Assembly: GCF_044704955.1 (NCBI RefSeq)
Contig: NC_091984.1
Span: forward strand, 117,676,001-117,740,000
Origin: Pristiophorus japonicus
Lineage: Eukaryota
DNA: 64,000 bases
Direction: 5' to 3'
Shown here: piece after piece, positions 53,685-64,000 of the stretch
How the letters are laid out: each line of letters opens with the position of its first letter
How positions within the stretch are numbered: position 1 is the first letter of the stretch
Translations under genes and position numbers: made by a program
Notes under the pieces: generated by a model
What the model was told of the DNA's origin: nothing
The model's database searches: none
What the model saw: the letters and a program-made list of their open reading frames with translations, nothing else

Positions 53685-54110
53685 TGACCTCACCGCTCCC
53701 GAACTCCGCTTCCGACCTCTGGACCTTGGCTCTCCTGGCCTCCGCTCCTCGCCGCTCCCGACCTTCGAACCTCGCCACTTCCGACCTCTGCTCCCGACCT
53801 CCGCTTCCGATCTCTGGACCTCGTCGTTCCCGGCCTCCGCTCCTTGCAGCTCCTGACCTTCGGACCTCGCCGCACCCAACCTCCGCTCCCGACCTCTGGA
53901 CCTCACCGTTCCTGACCTCCGCTCCCAACTTCTGGACCTTGCCACTCCCGACCTCCTCTCCCAACCTCTGGACCTCGCCGCTCCCGACCGTTGGACCTCG
54001 CCGCCCCCAACCTCCGCTCCCGACCTCCGCTCCTGGCCTCCGCTCCTCGCTGCTCCTGACCTCAGCTCCTCACTGGACCTGATCTCCGGACCTCACCGTT
54101 CCTCCCGCCG
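53685..54110. repeat. GC-rich degenerate tandem repeat (CCTCCGCTCCCGA / CCTCTGGA units)
   Basis: Directly visible; lies upstream of the RTE ORF on minus. Confidence 0.85.
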
Positions 54111-56403
54111 CTGGGCTTGAGCTTGCTCCAAGATACGCCACCAACCTGGTCGTCACCCTTCAATTTTGTCGGCCTCTCTGGTTGGCTTGCGCTTCTCCCT
54201 GCAATGGCTAGCTCCTGGTGTCTCCCACCAGGTTTGGTCGGTGCCATGCTGAGTCCTGGGGCACTGCTCTTCTTATCCCCGGTGTTGCTCCTGGTGTCTT
54301 CAACCAGGTCGGCTCGGCACTGTTCGATTTACAAGTATGATTTACGAGGATGTTGCCAGGACTGAAGGATTTTAGCTATGAGGAAAGATTGGATAAGCTG
54401 GGGTTGTTTTCTTTGGAATAGAGGATGATAAAGGGAGATTTAATTGAGGTGTATAAAATTATAAGGGGCCTGGATAGAATGGATAGGAAGGACATATTTC
54501 CCTTAACAGAGAGGTCAATAACCAGGAGCATAGGTTTAAAGTAATTGGTAGAAAGATTAAAGGGGAGTTGAGAAGAATTATTTTTACCCAGAGGGTTGTG
54601 GGGTTATGGAACTCATTGCTGGAAAAAGGGTGGTAGAGGCAGAAACGCTCATCACATTTAAAAAGTAGTTGGATGTGGACGTGAGGTTTCATAACTGTTG
54701 TATATGTATACGATAGATATACTCTCTGTGTAGTCACTGTATAGTTGCATAAGATGGAGACTTGTTTACCAGATGTACCATCATCAAGGCTCACACTGTA
54801 TACACTATGCTGGCACCACCAGAGGGTGCAACTGGTGGAGGCCCAGGGGTCACCTGTACACCACAGGTACCCAGGTATAAAAGGGAGTCCACCATGTGGT
54901 ATCCTCACTCAGGAGTTACTTTAAATGGATTATGGACTTTCACGCGAAAATGGCTAACCTTGGTACGTTGCAGCATTTCGCCGATGGTGATGATTGGGAC
55001 ACCTTTGTGGAGAGGCTCGACCATTTCTTCACAGCAAATGACCTGGCAGGTGATGATCCGGCCACACTGGCTGATAACGCAGAGCTATCCTGCTCACCAG
55101 TTGTGGGCCCACAGTCTATGGCCTCGTCAGGGATTTGCTGGCACCAGCGAAGACAATGACCAAGACGTACGAGGAGCTTGTAACACTGATCCAAGAACAA
55201 GTCAAGCCCAAAGAGAGCATCCTCACAGCCAGACACCGGTTTTACACCCACTGACGGCCTGAAGGCCAGGAAATCGCGAAATATGCTGCAGACCTCAGGA
55301 GGCTGGCGGCACCGTGTGATTTCGGCGAACACCTCACCGAAGCACTGCGGAATATCTTTGTCATCGGAATCGGCCATGAGGGCCTTCTTCACAGGTTACT
55401 ATCTGCAGATACCACAGTCACACTGCAGAAGGCCATCACCGTGAGCCAGGCATTCATGATCTCGATCTGCGGCTCCAGGCGGATGACTCATCCTCAGGAC
55501 TCAGACCCGGCAAGTACTGTACACAGACTGGCACCTTTTAGAGGCAGGACTGTAGAACGTAAATCTCCTCAGGGGAGAGAGAACAAGTCCCTGAGTCCGT
55601 TAACTCTGAGTCCGCTGAAGGGGGCTAATCGGTTAGTGTCATGCTGGCATTGCGGAGGAAATCACCGGGCTCACGTGCTGTTTTAAAGACTATGTGTGCA
55701 AAGGGTGCAGCACAAAGGGCCACTTCCAGTGAATGTGGAAAAGAAATAGGATTCACTGTGTTGATGAAGAGTCTGCAGAGGGCCATGAATCCAGCGCGGA
55801 TTATGAAGAAGTGGTCAGAGAGGCAGCTCAACCCCACGATGAGGTGTGCGGAATGTTTAGCTGCACCCCAGAATGTTCCCCGTTGAGAATGGAAGTCGAG
55901 ATAAACGGCGTTCCAGTCTTCATGGAAGTGGACACGGGGGCGCACCAGTCAGTAATGAATCAAGAAGCCTTTGAGAGGCCATGGGACAATCAAACCGAAC
56001 GACCCAAATTGGTCCCAGTTCAAGCTAAACTGCTCACCCGCACCAATGAACTTATCCCAGTCGTTGGTAGTGCGGATGTAAAGGTACTCCATGATGGTGC
56101 GGTGCACAAGTTCCCACTGTGGATTGCTGCAAGGGATGGACCAACGCTACTCGGAGGAAGGTGGATGGAGAAGATCCATTGGAGCTGGGAAGATTTCATC
56201 CCTCCAGCGATCAATGTCCCCCATGCTCAGAGGTAAAACAAGCCCCCACCTGAGGTTGGACCCGGCACTAGAGAGCAGACTAGCACAGCACCCGAGGCGC
56301 AGACTGCTCAGCATGACTGCGTGGCGATGATCCAGCTGAGACGACCTGAACGCACCTTCCAGGCTCCAGTGGCAGGACACAGGAGGAAGAAAATTGGATC
56401 CAA

Positions 56404-59400
56404 AGGTAAAAAATGGGATGAGGTCCTACAAGAAGAATTTAGGGAGCTAGAAGCTAAATTAAAAAGTAGGATCTCAAAGGTAGTAATCTCAGGATTGCTA
56501 TCAGTGTCACATGCTAGTCAGAGTAGGAATAGCAGAATAGTTCAGATGAATACGTGGCTTGAGGAATGGTGCAGAAGGGAGGGATTCAAATTCCTTGGAC
56601 ATTGGAACCGGTTCTGGGGGAGGTGGGACCAGTACAAACCAGACAGTCTGCACCTGGGCAGGACCGGAACCAATGTCCTCGGGGGAGTATTTGCTAGTGC
56701 TGTTGGGGAGGAGTTAAACTAATATGGCAGGGGGATGGGAACCGATGCAGGGAAACAGAGGGAAGTAGAATGGGGGCAGAAGCAAAAGATATAAAGAAGA
56801 AAAGTAAAAGTGGAGGGCAGAGAAACCCAAGGCAAAAAGCAAAAAAGGCCACATTACACCAAAATTCTAAAGGGGAAAAGCGTGTTAAAAAGACAAGCGT
56901 GAAGGCTCTGTGCCTCAATGCGAGGAGTATTTGTAATAAGGTGGACGAATTAACTGCGCAGGCAGCAATTAACGAATATGATGTAATTGGCATCACAGAG
57001 ACATGGTTCCAGGGTGACCAAGGCTGGGAACTCAACATCCAGGGGTATTCAACATTCAGGAAGGATAGACAGAAAGGAAAAGGAGGTGGGGTGGTGAAGC
57101 TGGTTAAAGAAGAAATTAACTCAATAGTAAGGAAGGACATTAGCTTGGATGATGTGCAATCGGTATGGGTGGATTATGGAATACCAAAGGGCAGAAAATG
57201 TTAGTGAGAGTTGTGTACAGACCACCAAACAGTAGTAGTGAGGTTGGGGACAGCATCAAACAAGAAATTAGGGATGCATGCAATAAAGATGCAGCAGTTA
57301 TCATGGACGACTTTAATCTACATATAGATTGGTCTAACCAAACTGGTAGCAATGCGGTGGAGGAGGATTTTGTGGAGCGTATTAGGGATGGTTTTCTGAA
57401 CCAATATGTTGAGGAACCAACTAGAGGGCTGGCCATCCTAGACTGGGTGATGTGAAACGAGAAAGGATTAATTAGCAATCTTGTTGTGCAAGGTCCCTTG
57501 GGGAAGAGTGACCATAATATGGTAGAATTCTTTATTAAGATGGAGAATGACACAGTTAATTCAGAGACGAGGGTCCTAAACTTAAAGGAAGGTAACGTGG
57601 ATGGTATGAGACGTGAATTGGCTAGAATAGACTGGCGAATGATACTTAAAGGGTTGACGGTGGATAGGCAATGGCAAACATTTAAAGATCACATGGATGA
57701 ACTTCAATTGTACATCCCTGTCTGGCGTAAAAATAAAACGGGGAAGATGCCTCAACCGTGGTTACCAAGGGAAATTAAGGATAGTGTTAGACCCAAGGAA
57801 GAGGCATATAAATTGGCCAGAAAAAGCAGCAAACCTGAGGACTGGGAGAAATTTAGAATTCAGCAGAGGAGGACAAAGGGTTTAATTAGGAGGGGGAAAA
57901 TAGAGTAAGAGAGGAAGCTTGCTGGGAACATAAAAACTGACTGCAAAAGCTTCTATAGATATGTGAAGAGAAAAAGATTAGTGAAGACACACGTAAGTCC
58001 CTTGCAGTCAGAATCAGGTGAATTTATAATGGAGAACAAAGAAATGGCAGACCAGTTGAACAAATACTTTGGTTCTGTCTTCACGAAGGAAGACACAAAT
58101 AACCTTTCGGAAATACTAGGGGACCGAGGATCTAGTGAGAAGCAGGAACTGAATGAAATCCTTATTAGGCATGAAATTGTGTTAGGGAAATTGATGGGAT
58201 TAAAGGCCGATAAATCCCCGGGGCCTGATGGTCTGCATCCCAGAGTACTTAAGGAAGTGGCCCTAGAAATAGTGGATGCATTGGTGATCATTTTCCAACA
58301 GTCCATCTACTCTGGATCAGTTCCTATGGACTGGAGGGTAGCTAATGTAACCCCACTTTTTAAAAAAAGAGGGAGAGAGAAAATAGGTAATTATAGACCG
58401 GTTAACCTGACATCAGTAGTGGGGAAAATGTTGGAATCAATTATTAGAGATTAAATAGCAGCGCATTTGGAAAGTAGTGACAGGTTTGGTCCAAGTCAGC
58501 ATGGATTTATGAAAGGGAAATCATGCTTGACAAATCTTCTAGAATTTTTTGAGGATGTAACTAGTAGAGTGGACAAGGAAGAACCAGTGGACGTGGTGTA
58601 TTTGGACTTTCAAAAGGCTTTTGACAAGGTCCCACACAAGAGATTGGTGTGCAAAATTAAAGCACATGATATTGTACTGATATGGATAGAGAACTGGTTG
58701 GCAGACAGGAAACAGAGAGTCGGGATAAACGGATCCTTTTCAGAATGGCAGGCAGTGACTCGTGGGGTGCCGCAGGGCTCAGTGCTGGGACCCCAGCTAT
58801 TTACAATATACATTAATGATGTAGATGAAGGAATTGAATGTAATATAGTCAAGTTTGCGGATGACACTAAGTTGGGTGGCGGTGTGAGCTGTGAGGAGGA
58901 CGCAGGGTGACTTGGACAGGTTAGGCAGATGCAGTTTAATGTGGATAAATATGAGGTTTCTACTTTGGTGGCAAAAACACGAAGGCAGAATATTATCTGA
59001 ATGGCGGCAGATTAGGAAAAGGGGAGGTGCAACGAGACCTGGATGTCATGGTACATCAGTCATTGAAAGTTGGCATGCTGGTACAGTAGGTGGTGAAGAA
59101 GGCAAATGGTATGTTGGCCTTCATAGTTAGAGGATTTGAGTATAGGAGCAGGTTGATCTTACTGCAGTTGTACAGGGCCTTGGTGAGGCCTCACCTGGAA
59201 TATTGTGTTCAGTTTTGGCCTCCTAATCTGAGGAAGGACGTTCTTGCTATTGAGGGAATGCAGTGAAGGTTCACCAGACTGATTCCTGGGATGGCAGGAC
59301 TGACATATGAGGAGAGACTGGATCGACTGGGCCTGTATTCACTGGATGAGAGGGGATCTCACAGAAGCATATAAAATTCTAACGGGACTGGACAGGTTAG

Positions 59401-59742
59401 ATGCAGGAAGCATTTTCCCGATGTTGGGAAGTCCAGAACCAGGGGTCACAGTCTAAGGATAAGTGGTAAGCCATTTAGGACTGAGATGAGGAGAAACTTC
59501 TTCACTCAGAGAGTTGTTAACCTGTGGAATTCCCTACCGCAGAGAGTTGTTGATGTCAGTTCATTGGATATATTCAAGAGGGAGTTGGATATGGCCCTTA
59601 CGGCTAAAAGGATCAAGGGGTATGAAGAGAAAGCAGGAAAGGGGTACTGAGGTGAATGATCAGCCATGATCTTATTGAATGGTGGTGCAGGCTCGAAGAG
59701 CCGAATGGCCTACTCCTGCACCTATTTTCTATGTTTCTATGT
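56404..59742 (+). mobile_element. CR1 LINE (ORF1 esterase end plus ORF2) inserted in Gypsy copy C
   Basis: Same family as 37337-47170; tail CTATGTTTCTATG at about 59740. Confidence 0.95.
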
Positions 59743-60980
59743 TCCCAGCTTCGGTGGCAGAACCCGGGGAGAAGAGGATCACAGCAGCCGACATTGTGGA
59801 TGGAAGAAAGATGGCACCCAAACCACGAGGTGAAGCGCTGAAGAAAAAGATGGTGGCGGCCAGACCACGAGGTGCAGTGCTGATGGAGCAACACGTGGTA
59901 CCAAGTGAAGAAGAGGATTGGGGTAAAGATAGCAAGGCTCTCTTAAAGGAGTCCAGCAACCCACCCCACTTAAAGGGACAGTCCCACATTCTCACTCAAT
60001 GTAATAACTATGAGCCAAATGTAAAGCTTGTAACTAATGATCAGAATTTTATACATGTAATAAGCAAAGAAAAGTCAGGCGATTGCGATCGGAGCTACAG
60101 TTTATCCACAATAAACAATAAAACGTTGTGCGATGTTAGATTTCCACTGTATTCTGATATTGTAGCAGGCAAACACCCATCGGGAGCACACAGGTCCAGT
60201 GGGCTGCCCAATGCTGTAGCCTGCGTCCCTGGGACCAGAATGATGCACCATGGAGTATGGCCACAAGCAGCTAATATAGACAAGCTGCAGAGCAAGCGAT
60301 CTCAGGAAGACAACAGCACTGGTATCGATACCCTGCCTCTGATCGGCTCCACCTCCCAGGCACCCGATGGCACCAACTGCCACGAGCCCGAAAGTGCAAA
60401 CTGCGCTAAGGCGCAGCCCCCAGACTCTATCGCCACCAAGGCTACAGCCGGGAACGAAGGGTCACCCGCAATGGTTCTCCCAAATGGGACCGGGACCAGC
60501 CAGGATCCCAAACCAAATAACGCCCAGGCAAGCGCACTGCTAGACGACTGCTCCTCTGGGAGCAGCAGCGGTCCGGGGTGTAAGGAAAGGACAGGGATGT
60601 CACAGGCATTTGTCCAGTTGCCCACCACCCGGGTGGAGACAGCGCGGCCCCCAGACCCAGTTACCACGGCCAGGTCCGGGAGCGAAAGGTCAGAACCAAC
60701 GAGTTCCCCAAACGGGACCTGGAACAGCCAAGTTCCCACAACCGTTCAAGAGCAGGCAGAAGACTCTGCAGCCCTCAAAGAAGGACAGGGAGACCACACA
60801 CATCTGTGGCTCTGCCCACCACTAGGCAATGGCAAAGGCCCTGTGTCCTGGCAAGGTGACCGAACCAAGTCCACTCTGCTAGCTGGGGGCACAGCGCGCC
60901 ATCAGACGACTAGGACCCCGTTCAGTTGCTCTGGAACTAGCGTCCTCGCATACCTGCACCTACCCAATCCAGGTGCATGA
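59742..60980 (+). CDS. Unknown S/T/P/A-rich ORF (about 410 codons) internal to copy C
   Basis: Stop-free part of ORF 59679-60980 after the CR1 tail; no recognisable domain; expression unknown. Confidence 0.4.
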   Translation, partial: FPASVAEPGEKRITAADIVDGRKMAPKPRGEALKKKMVAARPRGAVLMEQHVVPSEEEDWGKDSKALLKESSNPPHLKGQSHILTQCNNYEPNVKLVTNDQNFIHVISKEKSGDCDRSYSLSTINNKTLCDVRFPLYSDIVAGKHPSGAHRSSGLPNAVACVPGTRMMHHGVWPQAANIDKLQSKRSQEDNSTGIDTLPLIGSTSQAPDGTNCHEPESANCAKAQPPDSIATKATAGNEGSPAMVLPNGTGTSQDPKPNNAQASALLDDCSSGSSSGPGCKERTGMSQAFVQLPTTRVETARPPDPVTTARSGSERSEPTSSPNGTWNSQVPTTVQEQAEDSAALKEGQGDHTHLWLCPPLGNGKGPVSWQGDRTKSTLLAGGTARHQTTRTPFSCSGTSVLAYLHLPNPGA

Positions 60981-61848
60981 CTGTAAAATGCAATGAATGT
61001 ATCTCACCAGTCAAATGTACTTGCCTCACAACTGTACCACAAATGCAATGATGTAAATGCAAATTTCCTTTTGTGGACTTGAACGTATATGAATGTATCT
61101 GAATGTGATGAGCCACCGGCATGAGCTACATATGGTGAGGGGGCGGGGAAATGGATCTATGTGGCCATGGACACACATGGATCACACCCAGAACCCACTG
61201 AAGCCCCATTGCATCATCGAACCATCCCAACTGGTTACCACTACCCAACGTTGTGGCAATAAGGACTTGGGGTTGACAGGGAGAGAGCCAAGCCAAAACA
61301 CAGCCAAGGTGCAAGGGCTATTGGCACTTAGGTCTTGGGAAAGCTAAGCCAGAGCACATAGTGCAAAGGTAATTGGCACAAAAGACTTGGGGGCGAGTGA
61401 TGTTGTATATGCAGACTATACATATACTCTCTGTGTAGTCACTGTATAGTTGCATAAGATGGATACTTGTTTACCAGATGTACCATCAAGAAGGTTCACG
61501 CTGTATACACTATGTTGGCACCACCAGAGGTTGCAACTGGTGGAGGCCCAGGGGTCACCTGTACACCACAGGTACCCAGATATAAAAGGGAGTCCACCAT
61601 GTGGTGTCGTCACTCAGGAGTTAGATTAAATGGACGAAGGTCACTACAGTACAAGTACAATACCTTGTCTTGTGGAGTCATTATCAGAGCATCTAAAGAC
61701 ATAACAATAACCTACAGGGCTACAGACCAACGGGCCAAAACTCAGCCTCTTGAAAAGGCCTCTTACCACTGGAACGCGGCGACCAAGTGCCGGAGTCGAG
61801 TGGCCGCCGCCAGCAGAATTGTCCTCGGGGTTTTTTTGCAGCGGTGCT

Positions 61849-63298
61849 CACTTCCACCCCGCTTCCCCCACTTCCACCCCTTCCCCCCCACTTCCACCCC
61901 TTTCCCCCTACTTCCACCCCGCTCCCCCCACTTCCACCCCTTTCCCCCCCACTTCCACCCCGTTCCCCCCACTTCCACCCCGTTCCCCCCACTTCCACCC
62001 CGTTCCCCCCACTTCCACACCTTTCCCCCCCACTTCCACCCCATTCCCCCCCACTTCCACCCCTTTCCCCCCACTTCCACCCCGTTCCCCCCACTTCCAC
62101 CTCTTCCCCCCCACTTCCACCCCGCTTCCCCCACTTCCACCCCATTCCCCCCCACTTCCACCCCTTTCCCCCCCACTTCCACCCCTTTCCCCCCCACTTC
62201 CACCCCGTTCCCCCCACTTCCACCTCTTCCCCCCCACTTCCACCCCGCTCCCCCCACTTCCACCCCGTTCCCCCCACTTCCACCTCTTCCCCCCCACTTC
62301 CACCCCTTTCCCCCCCACTTCCACCCCGTTCCCCCCACTTCCACCTCTTCCCCCCCACTTCCACCCCGCTCCCCCCACTTCCACCCCGCTCCCCCCACTT
62401 CCACCACTTTCCCCCTACTTCCACCCCGCTTCCCCCACTTCCACCCCGTTCCCCCCCACTTCCACCCCGTTCCCCCCCACTTCCACCCCGCTCTCCCCCA
62501 CTTCCACCACTTCCCCCCCACTTCCACCCCTTTCCCCCTCACTTCCACCCCGCTCCACCCACTTCCACCCATTCCCCCCCACTTCCACCCCTTTCCCCCT
62601 ACTTCCACCCATTCCCCCCCACTTCCACCCGTTTCCCCCTACTTCCACCCTGCTCCCCCCCACTTCCACCCATTCCCCCCCACTTCCACCCCTTTCCCCC
62701 TACTTCCACCCCGCTCCCCCCACTTCCACCCATTCCCCCTCACTTCCACCCCTTTCCCCCTACTTCCACCCCGCTCCACCCACTTCCACCCATTCCCCCT
62801 CACTTCCACCCCTTTCCCCCTACTTCCACCCCGCTCCACCCACTTCCACCCATTCCCCCCCACTTCCACCCCTTTCCCCCTACTTCCACCCCGCTCCCCC
62901 CACTTCCACCCCTTTCCCCCCCACTTCCACCCCGTTCCCCCCCACTTCCACCCCGCTCCCCCCACTTCCACCCCTTCCCCCCCACTTCCACCACTTCCCC
63001 CCCACTTCCACCCCTTTCCCCCTCACTTCCACCCCGCTCCACCCACTTCCACCCATTCCCCCCCATTTCCACCCCTTTCCCTCTCACTTCCACCCCACTT
63101 CCACCCATTCCCCTCCACTTCCACCCCTTTCCCCCTCACTTCCACCCCACTCCCCCCACTTCCACCCCTTTCCCCCTCACTTCCACCCCACTCCCCCCAC
63201 TTCCACCCCTTTCCCCCCCACTTCCACCCTGCTCCCCCCCACTTCCACATCACTCCCCCCACTCCCGCCACTTCCACCCCGCTCCCCCCACTTCCACC
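61849..63298. repeat. Minisatellite with a 19-21 bp unit CACTTCCACCCC(G/T)(T/C)TCCCCC, roughly 70 copies
   Basis: Directly visible; extreme C versus G strand asymmetry. Confidence 0.97.
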
Positions 63299-63655
63299 AG
63301 ACAAGGCTGAGGACAGCTCTGAGTATTGAAACCAAACTGACCATTGCACTCAACGTTTACGCAACTGGCTTTTCCCAGTCTGCAACTGCAGACATACCTC
63401 AGTTCTTTGCCCATCGCTCCATCCGTCAAGTCACAGATGCTCTCTACAGGAGAAGACTGCAATACATTTTGTTCCCAATGAGCAGGGAGAAGCAGGTGGA
63501 GCGGCAGACCGGATTTGTGCGGATTGCGGGGTTCCCCAGGGTGCAGGGGGCCATCGACTGCACACACGTCGGACTGATGGCGTCACAAACCCATGCTGAG
63601 ATGTTGATGAACAGAAAGGGATCCCTCTCCCTCAACGTTTAGCTGGTGTGCGACC
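63299..63655 (+). pseudogene. PIF/Harbinger (HARBI1-like) DDE transposase fragment
   Basis: KLTIALNVYATG, VTDAL, IAGFPRVQGAIDCTHV, NRKG.SLNV*LVCD; probable left terminus GGGCCAAAACTC at 61732. Confidence 0.88.
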
Positions 63656-64000
63656 AATTGAACAAGTACTTTGGTTCGGTATTCACTAAGGAGGACACAA
63701 ACAACCTTCCGGATATAAAAGGGGTCAGAGGGTCTAGTAAGGAGGAGAAACTGAGGGAAATCCTTATTAGTCAGGAAATTGTGTTGGGGAAATTGATGGG
63801 ATTGAAGGCCGATAAATCCCCAGGGCCTGATGGACTGCATCCCAGAGTACTTAAGGAGGTGGCCTTGGAAATAGCGGATGCATTGACAGTCATTTTCCAA
63901 CATTCCATTGACTCTGGATCAGTTCCTATGGAGTGGAGGGTAGCCAATGTAACCCCACTTTTTAAAAAAGGAGGGAGGGAGAAAACAGGGAATTATAGAC
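63656..64000 (+). mobile_element. CR1 LINE fragment truncating the Harbinger transposase
   Basis: LNKYFGSVFTKED..KSPGPDGLHPRVLKE; runs off the window. Confidence 0.93.

Larger units (their letters stand above)
48240..54325 (-). mobile_element. Near-full-length RTE-clade LINE carrying three younger insertions
   Basis: ORF start MKFGTWNVRTL at 53386; APE endonuclease, QCGFRP, QYADD, VIPALLYASETW (50580-50650), [11 protein letters not shown]; 3' end at about 48245. Confidence 0.88.
54696..61706 (+). mobile_element. Gypsy-derived LTR element copy C: Gag, protease and unknown ORF; no recognisable RT, RNase H or integrase
   Basis: 5' LTR 54696 to about 54928 (U5/PBS deleted), 3' LTR 61401-61706 (TG..CA); TSD ATAAC; PPT AAAGACTTGGGGGCGAGTGA; Gag DDWDTFVERL and CWHCGGNH; PR MEVDTGA. 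Confidence 0.9.
47928..61731 (+). mobile_element. Older CR1-like LINE 3' part in three pieces (47928-48232, about 54327-54695, 61712-61731)
   Basis: LERVQKRF at 48210-48232 continues as TRMLPGL at 54345; the tail continues across the ATAAC TSD. Confidence 0.75.

Noticed and set aside
53395-54082. Overlapping 130-180 aa R/S/G- or P-rich ORFs
   Set aside because: Products of the GC-rich tandem repeat
61849-63298. CRISPR-like array
   Set aside because: No unique spacers, eukaryotic context and no cas genes; it is a plain tandem repeat
61467-63642. 620-, 630- and 507-aa proline-rich ORFs and glycine-rich antisense ORFs, one running in frame into the transposase fragment
   Set aside because: The minisatellite lacks stop codons on the C-rich strand in all frames, so long ORFs and the apparent fusion are expected by chance
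63299-63655. Domesticated HARBI1 host gene
   Set aside because: Fragmentary, has an in-frame stop in the QLVCD motif and is truncated by a CR1

Overview
Vertebrate, transposon-dense genomic DNA, most likely from a cartilaginous fish (inferred from CR1 LINEs with (CTATGTTT)n tails and Deu-domain-like tRNA SINEs). The only host gene I can support is a five-exon RGS4 orthologue on + (CDS 8051-16220, 205 aa, canonical GT-AG junctions). Most of the rest is mobile DNA: three Gypsy-type LTR elements with target-site duplications, a gamma/epsilon-like endogenous retrovirus, a 1.4-kb solo LTR, CR1, L2 and RTE LINEs, SINEs, PIF/Harbinger relics and MITEs, and a 1.45-kb C-rich minisatellite. From about 35 kb to 64 kb these are nested up to four levels deep. 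The most striking pattern is that the LTR elements lack complementary modules. One young Gypsy copy has lost capsid Gag but keeps a near-intact Pol from a newly created ATG. Another keeps Gag and protease but has a long unknown ORF in place of RT-RNaseH-integrase. The young ERV lacks RT. This suggests a split, trans-complementing retrotransposon system, which is a hypothesis that needs a genome-wide copy census. All alignments and counts were done by eye and no database searches were run.
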